64,000 nucleotides of DNA from Oxalobacter sp. (GCA_003605115.1 QZKY01000016.1:109776-173775), one strand, 5' to 3'. Shown: positions 19,577-30,852, counted from the first letter of the stretch. Translations and numbers: made by a program. The notes: a model not told the origin generated them from the sequence alone.

Positions 19577-20122
19577 ATGAGCCGTTTCGTCATTGCGCAA
19601 CCCGACAAATGTATAGGCTGCCGCACATGCGAAGTGGCGTGTGCACAGGCGCATCCAATCAACAATGGCGAATCAGCGCTGACACCGTCCAATTTTCGAC
19701 CGCGTCTCAAGCTGGTGAAAAGCTTGAAGACAACCGCGCCGGTGCAATGCCGCCAGTGCGAGAACGCGCCGTGCGTGAACGCCTGTCCGTCCAGTGCACT
19801 GGTATATGACCGTGGTACGGTGCAATTGACTGCAGAGCGCTGTATCGGTTGTCAGACGTGCGTGATCGCTTGTCCTTTCGGTGCAATGGAAATGGTGCCC
19901 GTGTCAGTCGAGCGCCCCGCTTTGGGATCTTTGAGCGTTCGCTCTTTTGTGATGCAGGCGCACAAATGCGATTTGTGCATTGATGTCTCCGGCGGCCCTG
20001 CATGTATTCCGGTGTGTCCGACCAAAGCACTCTTTTTGGTGGATGCCGACGCCTTGCGCGAGTTCAGCAGCGAAAGGCGCGAGCACGCTCTCAACGGGAT
20101 GCCGCAACACGTATTTCGCTAA
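19577..20122 (+). CDS. hydN: HydN-like 4Fe-4S ferredoxin (copy 2)
   Basis: MSRFVIAQPDKCIGCRTCEVAC. It is a paralog of copy 1 (about two-thirds identical by eye, with a 29-nt identical DNA run). AAGGAG RBS. Confidence 0.8.
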   Translation: MSRFVIAQPDKCIGCRTCEVACAQAHPINNGESALTPSNFRPRLKLVKSLKTTAPVQCRQCENAPCVNACPSSALVYDRGTVQLTAERCIGCQTCVIACPFGAMEMVPVSVERPALGSLSVRSFVMQAHKCDLCIDVSGGPACIPVCPTKALFLVDADALREFSSERREHALNGMPQHVFR

Positions 20123-20172
20123 AGCCCACAAGTTTTGGAAACGAATTTTTAAAAAACCTCAGCGAGGCCGTC

Positions 20173-22317
20173 ATGAAAAAAGTGATCACCGTTTGTCCCT
20201 ATTGCGCTTCTGGCTGCAAAATCAATTTGCTGGTTGAGGACGGCAAGATTGTTGGTGCCGAAGGCGCCAACGGCGTGACTAACGAAGGCGAGTTGTGCCT
20301 GAAAGGGTATTACGGCTGGGATTTTCTGAACGACACCCAATTGTTGACGCCGCGCTTGACGCAACCGCTGATTCGTCGCAAACGTGGCGCGTCGTTTGAA
20401 GCGGTGAGCTGGGATGAGGCCATTGGTTTTGCGAGTGCGCGGCTGATGGAAATCAAGAAACAACATGGCTCAGATGCGATCATGGTTTCGGGTTGTTCGC
20501 GCGGCCCCGGCAACGAAGCCAATTACGTGATGCAGAAATTTGCCCGCGCTGCAGTCGGAACGAACAATGTGGATTGCTGCGCGCGTGTGTGCCACGGGCC
20601 CTCCGTCGCAGGACTGGAGCGCACGCTCGGCAACGGCGCGATGAGCAATTCGATTGTCGAAATTGAAGATACCAAGTGCATTTTGGTGTTTGGTTATAAC
20701 GCTGGGGATTCGCATCCCATTGTTGCGCGTCGCATCATCAAGGCCAAGGAAAAAGGTGCGAAGATCATCGTTTGCGATCCGCGCGTGATTGAAACAGCGC
20801 GCATTGCCGATCTTTACCTGCCGCTGAAGAACGGTTCCAACATGGCACTGGTGAACGCGTTTGCGAATGTGTTGATCAACGAAGGTCTGTACAACAAGGC
20901 TTACACCGAACAATTCAGCGAAGGTTTCGACGCATACAAGCAGACTGTGGCGAAATACACGCCGGAATATGCGGCATCCATTACCGGACTGGATCCGCAA
21001 TTGATCCGCAACGCGATGCGCATGTACGCTGCGGCGCCGTCTGCCACCATTTTGTGGGGCATGGGTGTGACGCAGTGGGGGCAATCCGTGGATGTGGTGC
21101 GCGGCTTGTCGAGTCTTGCGACGATCACTGGCAACCTGGGTCGCCCCAATGTCGGTGTGGGCCCGGTGCGCGGTCAAAACAATGTGCAAGGCGCATGCGA
21201 TATGGGCGCATTGCCCGGCGACTTCCCCGGTTACCAAAAAGTCACAGATGCAAAATCGCGCGAAAAGTTTGAAAAAGCTTGGGGCGTGAAAAATCTGCCA
21301 TCGAAAAAAGGCGTAAGCCTGACCGAAGTGCCGCATGAAATCCATGATGGCAAGATCAAGGCCTTTTATATTTTCGGTGAAGACCCCTTGCAAACCGAAC
21401 CGGATTTGGGCGTGCTGCGTGAAGAATTTGCGAAACTGGATCTCATGATTGTGCAGGATATCTTCATGACCAAGACGGCGATGGCGGCAGACGTGATTTT
21501 CCCGGCGACGTCCTGGGGCGAACACGAGGGCGTGTATTCCAGCGCGGATCGCGGCTTCCAGCGTTTCTATAAAGCGGTGGAGCCAAAAGGCGACGTCAAG
21601 CGCGATTGGGAAATTCACAGTCTGATGGCGACGGCGATGGGGTATCCGATGAAGTATGAAAACACAGAGCAAATCTGGAATGAGATTCGTGAGCTCTGCC
21701 CACTGTTTTATGGTGCAACGTACGAAAAGCTGGCGGGTCTCGGCTACGTGCAATGGCCCTCGCTCACGCTCGACGATCCGGGGCGCAACTGGCTGTACAA
21801 GGATAACAAGTTCGACACACCGAGTGGCAAGGCGCAATTGTTTGCCAGCGACTGGATTCCGCCTGCTGAGCAAATCGATGCAGAGTATCCGATGGCTTTG
21901 TGCACCGTGCGCGAAGTCGGACATTACTCCTGTCGTTCGATGACGGGCAATTGCGCTGCATTGCAAACCTTGGCGGACGAGCCGGGGCATGTGCAAATGA
22001 ATACCGAAGATGCGAAGGCGCTGGGCATCAAGGATGAGGAACTGGTATGGATTTCATCGCGTCGCGGCAAAGTGATGTCGCGCGCGCAGGTGAGCGATCG
22101 CACCAACAAGGGCGCAGTGTACATGACCTACCAGTGGTGGATCGGCGCGTGCAATGAGCTGACGCTTGATCATCTGGATCCGATTTCCCGCACACCGGAG
22201 TACAAACACGCTGCGGTCAAAGTGGAAAAAATCGATGATCAGAAGTGGGCAGAGGCGCATGTGGCGAATGCCTATACCACGATGAAGAACGAACTGCGTG
22301 AGGCGGCGTTGGTGTGA
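20173..22317 (+). CDS. fdhF: formate dehydrogenase H-type catalytic subunit, Cys variant (Mo/W-bis-PGD)
   Basis: MKKVITVCPYCASGCKINL is the N-terminal 4Fe-4S motif. NNVDCCARVCHGPSVAGL aligns to E. coli FdhF ...CCARVUHGPSVAGL. Codon 140 is TGC (20590-20592), not TGA. Confidence 0.9.
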   Translation: MKKVITVCPYCASGCKINLLVEDGKIVGAEGANGVTNEGELCLKGYYGWDFLNDTQLLTPRLTQPLIRRKRGASFEAVSWDEAIGFASARLMEIKKQHGSDAIMVSGCSRGPGNEANYVMQKFARAAVGTNNVDCCARVCHGPSVAGLERTLGNGAMSNSIVEIEDTKCILVFGYNAGDSHPIVARRIIKAKEKGAKIIVCDPRVIETARIADLYLPLKNGSNMALVNAFANVLINEGLYNKAYTEQFSEGFDAYKQTVAKYTPEYAASITGLDPQLIRNAMRMYAAAPSATILWGMGVTQWGQSVDVVRGLSSLATITGNLGRPNVGVGPVRGQNNVQGACDMGALPGDFPGYQKVTDAKSREKFEKAWGVKNLPSKKGVSLTEVPHEIHDGKIKAFYIFGEDPLQTEPDLGVLREEFAKLDLMIVQDIFMTKTAMAADVIFPATSWGEHEGVYSSADRGFQRFYKAVEPKGDVKRDWEIHSLMATAMGYPMKYENTEQIWNEIRELCPLFYGATYEKLAGLGYVQWPSLTLDDPGRNWLYKDNKFDTPSGKAQLFASDWIPPAEQIDAEYPMALCTVREVGHYSCRSMTGNCAALQTLADEPGHVQMNTEDAKALGIKDEELVWISSRRGKVMSRAQVSDRTNKGAVYMTYQWWIGACNELTLDHLDPISRTPEYKHAAVKVEKIDDQKWAEAHVANAYTTMKNELREAALV

Positions 22318-22347
22318 GGTTAACGCGATTTAAGTGCATTAAAATTT

Positions 22348-22386
22348 GGGGCGACATCAAGTTGTTGATGTCGCCCCAGTTTTTTG
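22348..22386. terminator. bidirectional rho-independent terminator between convergent fdhF and aldehyde dehydrogenase
   Basis: GGGGCGACATCAA-GT-TGTTGATGTCGCCCC followed by AGTTTTTT, with AAAATTT on the left side. Confidence 0.7.
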
Positions 22387-22392
22387 CGAACC

Positions 22393-23862
22393 CTATCGCG
22401 GACTGCCGAGCCGCTCCGTCAGCGACAGCCAGATGGTTTTTGGTTCAGTGAAGTTTTCCAGCGCAGCTTCACCGTGTTCACGCCCAAAGCCTGATTCGCC
22501 CGTTCCACCCCAAGGCAAACGCACATCGGTAAACCCGTAGGTGTTGATCCAGACTGTCCCTGCCTTGAGGGCATGTGCGACACGATGTACGCGGCCGATG
22601 TCCCCACTCCAGACGCCGGCAGCCAGACTGAAGGCGGTGCCATTTGCAATTCTTATGGCATCGGCTTCATCCTTGAAACGGATCACGCTTGCGACGGGAC
22701 CGAAAATTTCTTCCTGCGAAATACGCATTTCATGCTCGACGTTGGTGAAGATGGTTGGCTCCACGTAAAAGCCCTTGCGGTCAACACGCTCGCCACCGTA
22801 AATGCAAGACGCGCCTTCTTTCTTGCCGATATCAATATAGTCGAGCACGGTCTTCATCTGTCCTGAAGAGACCAGAGGTCCCATGATGGTGTCTTGCTGA
22901 ACGGTGTCGCCGATCCGAATTTCTTTTGCGCGCTGGATCAATCGGTCGACGACTTCGTCATACACTTCGTTTTGCACCAGAATGCGCGATCCGGCGGAGC
23001 ACACCTGACCGGCGTTGAAAAACACGCCAGAGGCACCTGCACGTACCGCATTGTCAAGGTCGGCATCCTTGAAGATGATATTGGCAGACTTACCGCCGAG
23101 TTCCAGCGTAATGCGCTTGAAGTTACTCGCGGCGCCTTGCATGATGCCGCGACCGATGTTGGGCGATCCGGTAAAGGTGACTTTATCCACGCCCGGATGT
23201 GCGACCATCGCATCGCCGACGACACTGCCGCGTCCTGTCACAATGTTCAACACGCCCGGCGGCATGCCAGCTTCCAGTGCGAGTTCACCGATGCGAATTG
23301 CGGTTAGTGGCGTAAGTTCTGCCGGTTTGACAACCATGGTGCAACCGCAGGCCAGCGCCGGTGCGATTTTCCACATGCCGATCATGATCGGGAAATTCCA
23401 CGGCACGATTGCGCCGACCACGCCGACGGGCTCCCGCACGGTGTAGGTGAGTGCATCGGTGCGTGCCGGAACCACTTGCCCCATGATTTTGTCAGTCCAT
23501 CCGGCGTAATATCGTGTGGTGTCGATGGCCGCAGGCATGTCTTGTCGCCGTACGCTGGCGATTGGCTTACCCGCATTCGTGCTTTCCAGCGAAATCAACT
23601 CATCCTGATTTTTTTCCATCAGATCGGCCAGACGATTCAGGATCATGCCGCGTTCGGCGGCGCGAATCCCGTTCCAGACCTTCAGTGCGGCGCGCGCGGC
23701 GCGCACGGCAACGTCAACGTCTCGCGCGCTACCGGAGGCGACATAGGCGATGACTTCTTCAGTTGCCGGATTGAGGATGGTGGAATAATTGCCTGTGCCA
23801 GGGGGAACGCGTTTGCCGTCAATTAACAAATCATGCTTGGGGATATTGATGCTTGCGTTCAT
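22393..23862 (-). CDS. NAD(P)-dependent aldehyde dehydrogenase
   Basis: VTFTGSPNIG, the ITLELGGKSANII catalytic Glu region and the FFNAGQVCSAGSR catalytic Cys. ATG 23862 is preceded by GGAGGCTCCCTC. The track's longer ORF (to 24036) overlaps tupC and was rejected. Confidence 0.9.
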   Translation of the reverse strand: MNASINIPKHDLLIDGKRVPPGTGNYSTILNPATEEVIAYVASGSARDVDVAVRAARAALKVWNGIRAAERGMILNRLADLMEKNQDELISLESTNAGKPIASVRRQDMPAAIDTTRYYAGWTDKIMGQVVPARTDALTYTVREPVGVVGAIVPWNFPIMIGMWKIAPALACGCTMVVKPAELTPLTAIRIGELALEAGMPPGVLNIVTGRGSVVGDAMVAHPGVDKVTFTGSPNIGRGIMQGAASNFKRITLELGGKSANIIFKDADLDNAVRAGASGVFFNAGQVCSAGSRILVQNEVYDEVVDRLIQRAKEIRIGDTVQQDTIMGPLVSSGQMKTVLDYIDIGKKEGASCIYGGERVDRKGFYVEPTIFTNVEHEMRISQEEIFGPVASVIRFKDEADAIRIANGTAFSLAAGVWSGDIGRVHRVAHALKAGTVWINTYGFTDVRLPWGGTGESGFGREHGEAALENFTEPKTIWLSLTERLGSPR

Positions 23863-23987
23863 GAGGGAGCCTCCATTTTTTTGCTGCGCAAGGACTTGAT
23901 GAAAAAACGGAAGGCGCCGCATCCGTTGAGTAGAAGTATATTCCTGAATAAATTTTTTTGCAGGAGGCGTGTTATGCAATCTTGTGC

Positions 23988-24650
23988 CTATGCGCCAGAG
24001 GGGAAAAGTATGTTGCCCTCCTTGAGTGTCATCCACGTGATGTTCGGTAAATCGATTAGCTGGTGATCATGCGACACGATTAAAATGCTGCCGCCTTCTT
24101 GAACAAAAGCAGGAATGAGCGCGGCGACCTGTGCTTTTGCAGCTTCATCCAGATTCGCGGTCGGTTCGTCAAGTAGCAGTAATCGCGGCTTCAGTACTTT
24201 GGCACGCGCCAGCGCGATGCGTTGTTTTTCACCGCCAGAAAGTGTGGCAGGATCATGATCGCGCAAGTGGGCGACGCCAGCCCACGCCATGGCCTCGCCC
24301 ACCTGTTTTTTAATTTCGGCATTCCCCACGCCGCGCGCGCGTAAGCCATAGCCAATGTTTTTTTCGAGACTGGTAGAAAAAAGCACAGGTTGCTGATGTA
24401 CATACACGATGGCATCACGCAGCTCTTTCGGGTATGGGGAGAGAGAAATGGATTGCCCATGAAATGCTGACGCTGCAATTTCTGCCGGTTCCAGTCCCGC
24501 GAGAATGCGCAGCAAGGTCGTTTTGCCGCTGCCATTCACACCTGTTAGCAGATAAGCGCTGCCAAGCTCAAGCGTGAGCGCAGGAATGTCCAGCAGTACG
24601 CGCTCATCGAAACGTTTCTTCAATCCGTGTATGGAGAGGAGCGAAGTCAT
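23988..24650 (-). CDS. tupC: ABC transporter ATP-binding protein (tungstate-type, TupC-like)
   Basis: Walker A GVNGSGKTTLLR, signature LSGGEKQRIALA and Walker B LLLLDEPT. It overlaps the tupB stop. Confidence 0.7.
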   Translation of the reverse strand: MTSLLSIHGLKKRFDERVLLDIPALTLELGSAYLLTGVNGSGKTTLLRILAGLEPAEIAASAFHGQSISLSPYPKELRDAIVYVHQQPVLFSTSLEKNIGYGLRARGVGNAEIKKQVGEAMAWAGVAHLRDHDPATLSGGEKQRIALARAKVLKPRLLLLDEPTANLDEAAKAQVAALIPAFVQEGGSILIVSHDHQLIDLPNITWMTLKEGNILFPSGA

Positions 24651-25354
24651 CCCTGCACTCCCGAGACATTGGCTTTACCCTGCAGTAGCATCAGTGCAGC
24701 ATTGATGAACAAGGCGATGACGATGAGGATGATGCCTAGCGCAATGCCTTGTGCGAATTCACCTTTGCTGGTTTCCAGTGCGATGGCGGTGGTGATCGTG
24801 CGCGTGTGTTCGGCGATATTGCCGCCCACCATCAGCGCACATCCTACTTCGGCCAGGATGCGACCAAAGCCGGTGATGATGGCGGCCATGACGCCGAAGC
24901 GCACCTCATGCAAAACGGTACACATGACACGCAGGCGCGAAGCGCCCAGCGTGACGGCTGTTTCCGCAAAGCGCGGATCGGCGGCTTGCACCGAAGCCAG
25001 CGTAAACGCGGTGAGTACCGGCAAGCCGATCAAAACTTGTCCAGCGATGAGACCGGATTGCGAGAAGAGCCATTTCAAATCGCCGAGCGGTCCCTGGCGC
25101 GACAGCATCAGATAGAGTAGTAACCCGATCAGCACAGTGGGGAAGGACAAGGAAGCTTGCGTCAACCAGATCAGGACGCGACGCCCCAAAAATTTGCGCG
25201 ACCCCATTACATATCCCGCCGCTACCGCAATGGGGGTAGCGATGATAAGGCTGATCACGGATGTCTTGAGGGAAATCCAGATGATCAGCCAGAGATCGGG
25301 GTCACCAGTCAGCAACAGACCGAACGCTTCGCGAACCGAGTCGATCAAGTGCAT
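24647..25354 (-). CDS. tupB: ABC transporter permease (TupB-like)
   Basis: 235 aa with about 5-6 TM helices and an EAA-like loop. It lies between tupA and tupC. Confidence 0.7.
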   Translation of the reverse strand: MHLIDSVREAFGLLLTGDPDLWLIIWISLKTSVISLIIATPIAVAAGYVMGSRKFLGRRVLIWLTQASLSFPTVLIGLLLYLMLSRQGPLGDLKWLFSQSGLIAGQVLIGLPVLTAFTLASVQAADPRFAETAVTLGASRLRVMCTVLHEVRFGVMAAIITGFGRILAEVGCALMVGGNIAEHTRTITTAIALETSKGEFAQGIALGIILIVIALFINAALMLLQGKANVSGVQG

Positions 25355-25398
25355 GTCGTTCCCATGTCGTTTATACTGCGCTACTTTTTAAAAGCGAC

Positions 25399-26229
25399 TT
25401 AGCGTTTGGCCTTCTTCTTTTTTGGCGAGTAAGACGGGAAAAACAATTGCTGTCCATCGACCTTGAAGTTGGCAATCATTTTCTGTCCTTCGGCGGAAGT
25501 GATCCACTCGATCAGTTGCATCGCCCCTTTGTAGTTGATGTCAGGGTATTTTTTGGGATTGACCGCAATGATGCCATAGGGGTTGAACATTTTCGGGTCG
25601 CCTTCAAACACGATGGCCAGTCCAGTCTTTGCGCGGTAGGCGCCATAAGTGGCGCGATCCGTCAATGTGTAAGCCTCCATTTGCCCCGCCATCGTCAGCA
25701 CTTCGCCCATGCCCAAACCCGCAGAAACGTAGGCTTTGCCTTTCGGCTGGGTGCCGGCTTCTTTCCAGTAGGCGCGCTCCATTTGATCCGTGCCGGAATT
25801 GTCGCCGCGCGAAATAAACGGTTTGCCGCTGGCGACAATGCGTCTCATCGCATCGATCACGTTCTTACTTTTTTTGATACCGGCCGGATCGTTTTCTGGC
25901 CCCACCAGAATGAAATCGTTATACATCACGTCGCGGCGGTTGACGCCGTGCTTTGCCGCAACGAATTTATCTTCGGATGGGCGGGCATGCACGAGCGTGA
26001 CATCCACATCGCCGTTCTTCGCCAGTTCCAGCGCCTTGCCCGTACCGACAGAGATGACATGCACCTTGTTGCCGGTTTTGGCTTCAAATGCGGGCAGCAG
26101 AAATTTCAGCAATCCCGAGTTGTCGGTGCTGGTGGTGGTGGAAAGCTTGATGATGTTTTGTGCGAATGCGGGCAGGGTCAATGTCAGGGAAAGCCCCAGT
26201 ATTCCCAGCATTTTTTTGAATTGGTTCAT
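25399..26229 (-). CDS. tupA: periplasmic tungstate-binding protein (TupA-like)
   Basis: Signal peptide (LTLPAFA/QN) followed by LSTTTSTDNSGLL, which contains the TTTS motif characteristic of TupA oxyanion binding proteins. Confidence 0.75.
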   Translation of the reverse strand: MNQFKKMLGILGLSLTLTLPAFAQNIIKLSTTTSTDNSGLLKFLLPAFEAKTGNKVHVISVGTGKALELAKNGDVDVTLVHARPSEDKFVAAKHGVNRRDVMYNDFILVGPENDPAGIKKSKNVIDAMRRIVASGKPFISRGDNSGTDQMERAYWKEAGTQPKGKAYVSAGLGMGEVLTMAGQMEAYTLTDRATYGAYRAKTGLAIVFEGDPKMFNPYGIIAVNPKKYPDINYKGAMQLIEWITSAEGQKMIANFKVDGQQLFFPSYSPKKKKAKR

Positions 26230-26376
26230 GACATGCTCCTTGGTGTGTTGCGATGTGTATAGCGACTTGTATGGCGAGGGCAGTTAGATGGATTGACACC
26301 GAGATAACCTCTCTGTCTGCCGGAGGTGCTATATTACTTTCCGCCGCACTAATTTCCCATATGAAGACTTGTTCCT

Positions 26377-27444
26377 ATGTTGCATATCAAGCTGGACTAC
26401 ACATTTACCGAATCGCACGACAAAAAGCGACAACTTGAAAACCCGCTCTTTGTTTTGCTGGAAGCCATACACAGCACGGGTTCCATTTCCAAAACGGCGG
26501 CCGAAACGGGCTTTTCGTATCGACACGTATGGGGTGCGCTCAAGCGATGGGAAACCAAACTCGGCGCGGAATTGATCGTCTGGAAGAAAGGCGAACGCGC
26601 GCGGTTGACCCCATTTGGAGAAAAGCTGCTCTTTGCTGAGCAGCGTGCCAAGGCGCGCGTCTTGCCCCAGGTGGATAGCCTGGTCAGCGAAATGGAGCGG
26701 GAATTTGCGCTGGCCTTCGATGAAAATGCCCACGTCTTGTCGGTATCCGCGAGCCACGACTTGGCGCTGAATCGCTTGAAAGACGTGCTCAGCAGTCAGG
26801 GCTTGCATCTGAATTTGCGCTTTCAAGGCAGCCTGACATCGCTTGCCGCCATGACCCGGGGGGAATGTACCCTGGCGGGCTTGCATGTGATGTTGGGCGG
26901 GAATGCCGGGTCAAAAGAATTGCAACCGTTCAAAAAATTGCTCAAGCCGGAAACGCATAGCTTGATCCGCTTTCTGGTGCGGACGCAGGGATTGATGCTG
27001 AAGCCCAATAACCCTAAACGCATACAAGGACTGAACGACTTGAAGCGCGCGGATATACGTTTCGTGAACCGCGAAAAAGGATCGGGCACACGCATCGCAG
27101 TGGAGCATTTGCTGTCAAAGGCCGGCATTACACCAGCACTGGTCAATGGTTTTGAAGTGGAAGAGACCACGCATCTTGCCGTGGCTGCTGCTGTGGCTTG
27201 CGGACAGTTCGATGTCGGATTTGGCATCGAAGCCGCAGCGGCGCACTTTAACCTTGGCTTCATTCCGCTTGCGCAAGAGCAGTATTACTTTGCTTGCCAG
27301 ACAGAAGCTTTGCAGGAACCGGCTGTCAAGAAATTGGTGAAAACACTCAGAAGCAAACCTTGGCGCGCCATTCTCAATGATATGCCCGGTTACGATGCAA
27401 CTTCGGCAGGGCAAGTTATCCCCGTGAGCAAGTTCGGTCAATAA
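26377..27444 (+). CDS. transcriptional regulator: ModE-type N-terminal HTH fused to a periplasmic-binding-protein-like domain (TunR-like candidate)
   Basis: The N-terminus LLEAIHSTGSISKTAAETGFSYRHVWGALKRWETKLG parallels the ModE HTH. The C-terminal ~250 aa is PBP-like and there are no Mop/TOBE domains. Divergent from tupA. Confidence 0.6.
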   Translation: MLHIKLDYTFTESHDKKRQLENPLFVLLEAIHSTGSISKTAAETGFSYRHVWGALKRWETKLGAELIVWKKGERARLTPFGEKLLFAEQRAKARVLPQVDSLVSEMEREFALAFDENAHVLSVSASHDLALNRLKDVLSSQGLHLNLRFQGSLTSLAAMTRGECTLAGLHVMLGGNAGSKELQPFKKLLKPETHSLIRFLVRTQGLMLKPNNPKRIQGLNDLKRADIRFVNREKGSGTRIAVEHLLSKAGITPALVNGFEVEETTHLAVAAAVACGQFDVGFGIEAAAAHFNLGFIPLAQEQYYFACQTEALQEPAVKKLVKTLRSKPWRAILNDMPGYDATSAGQVIPVSKFGQ

Positions 27445-27456
27445 GGTATGAGCAGT

Positions 27457-28530
27457 TTAAATAATCGCAACGCCTTTGACTTGAGCGAATAGCGATTTGC
27501 CCGGTTCCAGTTGAAGCGTATGCGCAGATTTGCGGGTAATGCGGCACAAAAGCCGCGTGCCGCTCGCATTCAGCCCGATCATGACTTGTCCAGTCGCGTC
27601 TTGCGATATGTCGGTGACAATCACAGGAATGCTGTTCAGAATGCTGGTGCTGGTTTGTGGCGCCAGCGTCAAACTTACGTCGCGTGCCTGAACGCGCAGG
27701 CGTACACGTTGTCCAAGATGTGCCGCATCATTCGGCAGCAAAATTTGCCCGCCGGAAAATGCCACACCGACCAGATGAAAAGCTTCGTCGCGTTCTGCGA
27801 CGTAACCGTCAATAAGGGCAGCCGCAGTATCGCCATGTGCCAGCGACAAATCCAGGCGCGTCATCATGTCGCCGATGGCGCCACTGGCAACGAGGCTGCC
27901 ATTTTCCAGCATGACCATATAGTCAGCCAGACGTGCCACTTCATCGATCGCATGACTTACATAGAGCATCGGAATATCAAGTTCGGTATTGAGTCGTTCC
28001 AGATATGGGAGGATTTCCAGTTTGCGCGGCATGTCGAGTGCCGCCAGCGGTTCATCCAGCAGAAGCAGACGCGGACTGGCGGCCAGCGCGCGCGCAATAC
28101 CGACGCGTTGACGTTCGCCACCCGAAAGCGTGGCGGGACGTCGCTCCATCAAATGGCTGATCCCAAGCAAATCGATGACATGGTTGATCGCGATCTTGCG
28201 ATTCGATGGTGGCACGCGTTTCATGCCGAATTCAAGATTGCGTTGCACGCTTAGGTGTTCAAACAGGTGAACGTCCTGGAAAACGAATCCGAGTGGACGG
28301 CGATGTGTCGGGACAAAAATACCTTGTGCATCATCTTGCCAGATGTCCTTACCCACCCGTATGTTGCACCCATGCCCGCGTTCCAGTCCGGCGATGACGC
28401 GTAGCAGGGTCGACTTGCCAGCGCCCGACGAGCCAAATAGTGCGGTGATGCCTTTGTCAGGTAATTCAATATCCACTGCCAAGGCAAATCCTGGGTAATT
28501 GACTTGGACGCGCGTGTAAATCGAATTCAC
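27457..28530 (-). CDS. modC: molybdate ABC transporter ATP-binding protein
   Basis: Walker A GSSGAGKSTLLR, LSGGERQRVGIARAL, LLLLDEP and a C-terminal TOBE/Mop domain. GTG 28530 overlaps the modB TGA (GTGA). Confidence 0.85.
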   Translation of the reverse strand: MNSIYTRVQVNYPGFALAVDIELPDKGITALFGSSGAGKSTLLRVIAGLERGHGCNIRVGKDIWQDDAQGIFVPTHRRPLGFVFQDVHLFEHLSVQRNLEFGMKRVPPSNRKIAINHVIDLLGISHLMERRPATLSGGERQRVGIARALAASPRLLLLDEPLAALDMPRKLEILPYLERLNTELDIPMLYVSHAIDEVARLADYMVMLENGSLVASGAIGDMMTRLDLSLAHGDTAAALIDGYVAERDEAFHLVGVAFSGGQILLPNDAAHLGQRVRLRVQARDVSLTLAPQTSTSILNSIPVIVTDISQDATGQVMIGLNASGTRLLCRITRKSAHTLQLEPGKSLFAQVKGVAII

Positions 28531-29213
28531 TTGCGTTTTCCCGTTGGGTTGAGCCAGTGCAGTGCGATGAGCGAGACAAACGCAAAAACCAGCATGCCAG
28601 CGGAAAGCCAATGCGCCTGTGCGTATTCGAGGGCTTCGACGTGATCGAAAATTTGTACGGAGATGACGCGCGTTTTATCTGGAATATTCCCGCCGATCAT
28701 CAGCACCACGCCAAATTCACCAACGGTATGCGCAAAACCCATTACCGTTGCAGAGAGATAGCCGGGTTTTGCCAGCGGCAGGGTGACATTGAAAAAAGTA
28801 TCGAACGGTGAAGCGCGCAAGGTCGCTGCCGCTTCCAGCGGACCGCGCCCAATGGTTTCAAAAGCATTCTGGATGGGTTGCACAACGAAGGGCAGCGAAT
28901 AAAAAACCGACGCGATAACCAGTCCCCCAAAGCTGAAAGGCAGTAAACCAATGCCGATGGTTTCGGTAAAGCGGCCAATGGGGCCATGTGGCCCCATGGC
29001 GACGAGCAGGTAAAACCCCAGTACGCTAGGGGGCAAAACCATGGGAAGCGTCACCAGCGCGCTGACAGGCAGTTTCCATCGCGATGCGGTTTGGGATAGC
29101 CACCAGGCGATAGGTGTACTGATGACGATCAAAATCGCCGTGGTCAAGAGGGCGAGTTTGATCGTGAGCCAGATTGTTGAGCAAGCCTGCGCAGAAAAGC
29201 CGAGTTCAGTCAT
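28527..29213 (-). CDS. modB: molybdate ABC transporter permease
   Basis: 228 aa and 5 TM helices, with an EAA loop (LEAAATLRASPFDTFFNVTLPLA) typical of ModB. Confidence 0.85.
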   Translation of the reverse strand: MTELGFSAQACSTIWLTIKLALLTTAILIVISTPIAWWLSQTASRWKLPVSALVTLPMVLPPSVLGFYLLVAMGPHGPIGRFTETIGIGLLPFSFGGLVIASVFYSLPFVVQPIQNAFETIGRGPLEAAATLRASPFDTFFNVTLPLAKPGYLSATVMGFAHTVGEFGVVLMIGGNIPDKTRVISVQIFDHVEALEYAQAHWLSAGMLVFAFVSLIALHWLNPTGKRK

Positions 29214-29230
29214 CGCGTAGTCAATTCACA

Positions 29231-30852
<1,622 letters not shown>

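Noticed and set aside
20590-20592. Expected selenocysteine UGA codon and downstream SECIS in fdhF
   Set aside because: Codon 140 is TGC (Cys) and the reading frame has no internal TGA. This is therefore a Cys-type enzyme and no recoding is needed.
23863-24036. N-terminal 58-aa extension of the aldehyde dehydrogenase ORF
   Set aside because: The extension overlaps tupC and lacks an RBS. ATG 23862 has a GGAGG SD and gives a canonical ALDH N-terminus.
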